Under the pieces are notes generated by a model. That model worked only from the letters and a program-made list of their open reading frames with translations, searched no databases and was not told the DNA's origin. 64,000 bases of DNA, from positions 60,361 through 124,360 of the forward strand of contig CAWEYJ010000023.1 of the NCBI GenBank assembly GCA_963813165.1, written 5' to 3'. Positions 63,082 to 64,000 of this stretch are shown here, piece by piece. The position numbers and the translations under genes were made by a program. Position 1 is the first letter of the stretch. Each line of letters opens with the position of its first letter. The stretch is from an uncultured Pseudomonadota bacterium. GTDB taxonomy: Bacteria > Pseudomonadota > Alphaproteobacteria > Rhizobiales > Xanthobacteraceae.

Positions 63082-64000
63082 ATGGAAAGCGAGTTCTTAG
63101 TGGCCAATACCAACCGAGATCGGCAAGCGCTCAATTTAATTCCGTCGCAGACGTGGCGGAGCCGCGCCGACGGCTTCACGGAGTATCTCAACAAACGCTG
63201 GCTCGACTACACGGGCATGACATTGGATCAAGCGCTCGGCTGGCAATGGTTAGCTGCGATCCACCCTGATGACCAGCCGGCATTGTCCGACACATGGGGA
63301 AACGTGCTCGCGTCCGGGAAGCCCGGCGAAGCCGAGGCGCGCATGCGTCGTTTCGACGGTGTGTATCGCTGGTTCCTGTTTCGCGCAGAGCCCCTTCAGG
63401 ACGAAACCGGCGCCGTCGTCGCATGGTATGGGACAAACACTGACATCGATGATCGCAAACAGGCTGAACAACAACTGCGGGGTAGTGAACTCAACCTACG
63501 CCAGATGACCGAAACCATTCCAGAAATGCTTTGGAGCGCCAGTTCGGACGGAGCGGTCGACTACTGCAATACTCGCCTGCGCGATTACACTGGCTTCTCA
63601 GCTGAAGCAATCAAAGGCGACAATTGGACGAAATTTCTTCATCCGGATGATATCAATCACGCGACTCAAGTGTGGCTCTCCTGTGTCACGACCGGAGCGC
63701 CGTACCGAGTTGAGGTTCGCACCATACACGCTCCGGACAGCACCTATCGATGGTGCGTCATGAGCGCGCTACCGCTGCTCGATGAACGGGGGCGCATTCT
63801 AAGGTGGCACGGCACAGTTGTGGACATGCACGATTGGAAGCAAGCTCAGGAAGATCTGCGCAACACACAAGCCGAGCTCATCAATACGGCACACGTCATG
63901 ACGATGGGCGAACTCGCAGCATCGATCGCACACGAAATTAACCAACCGCTTGCCTCGATTGTAACAAACGGCGAGACCGGCTTGCGCTGGATGGCTCGGG
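63082..64000 (+). CDS. PAS-PAS histidine kinase, NodV-like architecture (truncated by window edge)
   Basis: Translated by hand, as it is absent from the ORF track: two PAS repeats (WLAAIHPDD, FLHPDD) followed by ELAASIAHEINQPL. Confidence 0.9.
   Translation, partial: MESEFLVANTNRDRQALNLIPSQTWRSRADGFTEYLNKRWLDYTGMTLDQALGWQWLAAIHPDDQPALSDTWGNVLASGKPGEAEARMRRFDGVYRWFLFRAEPLQDETGAVVAWYGTNTDIDDRKQAEQQLRGSELNLRQMTETIPEMLWSASSDGAVDYCNTRLRDYTGFSAEAIKGDNWTKFLHPDDINHATQVWLSCVTTGAPYRVEVRTIHAPDSTYRWCVMSALPLLDERGRILRWHGTVVDMHDWKQAQEDLRNTQAELINTAHVMTMGELAASIAHEINQPLASIVTNGETGLRWMAR

Larger units (their letters stand above)
56488..64000. mobile_element. Genomic island or decayed integrative element starting at the tRNA-Arg 3' end (extends beyond the window)
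   Basis: ardC, a drop in GC (60-bp spot counts 52-58% versus 62-72% upstream) and accessory regulators. Confidence 0.7.

Overview
This is high-GC alphaproteobacterial chromosome; the gene content and order are typical of Bradyrhizobiaceae. Positions 1-56,400 are mostly housekeeping backbone: lepA, the chvI-chvG-hprK-EIIA-HPr cluster, pckA, glgP, pyrE, polA, ugd, hrpB, a phosphoglucomutase, nudC, ffs-dnaX-ybaB-recR, ampG, rmuC, def-fmt-truA, dapD/dapE, argB and rpmH-rnpA-yidC-engB. A tRNA-Arg(ACG) at 56,411 is followed by a lower-GC island carrying ardC, a GST, a STAND-type regulator, an atypical HSL hydrolase and a PAS histidine kinase. The most notable signal is non-coding: at least four families of palindromic miniature repeats are scattered through the backbone. 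(A) CGTC-tagged hairpin doublets; one pair forms 34-bp inverted termini around a low-GC 95-aa GIY-YIG nuclease gene, an arrangement like REP/RAYT but with a different enzyme. (B) CCCTCTCCC...GGGAGAGGG doublets; two are translated in frame inside polA and hrpB. (C) A repeat that supplies the C-terminal tail of RnpA. (D) Two tandem CTAG-bounded hairpin elements. Six single-base frameshifts in five genes may be assembly errors. No CRISPR array, rRNA, integrase or IS transposase was seen. All family assignments come from motif recognition, not database searches.
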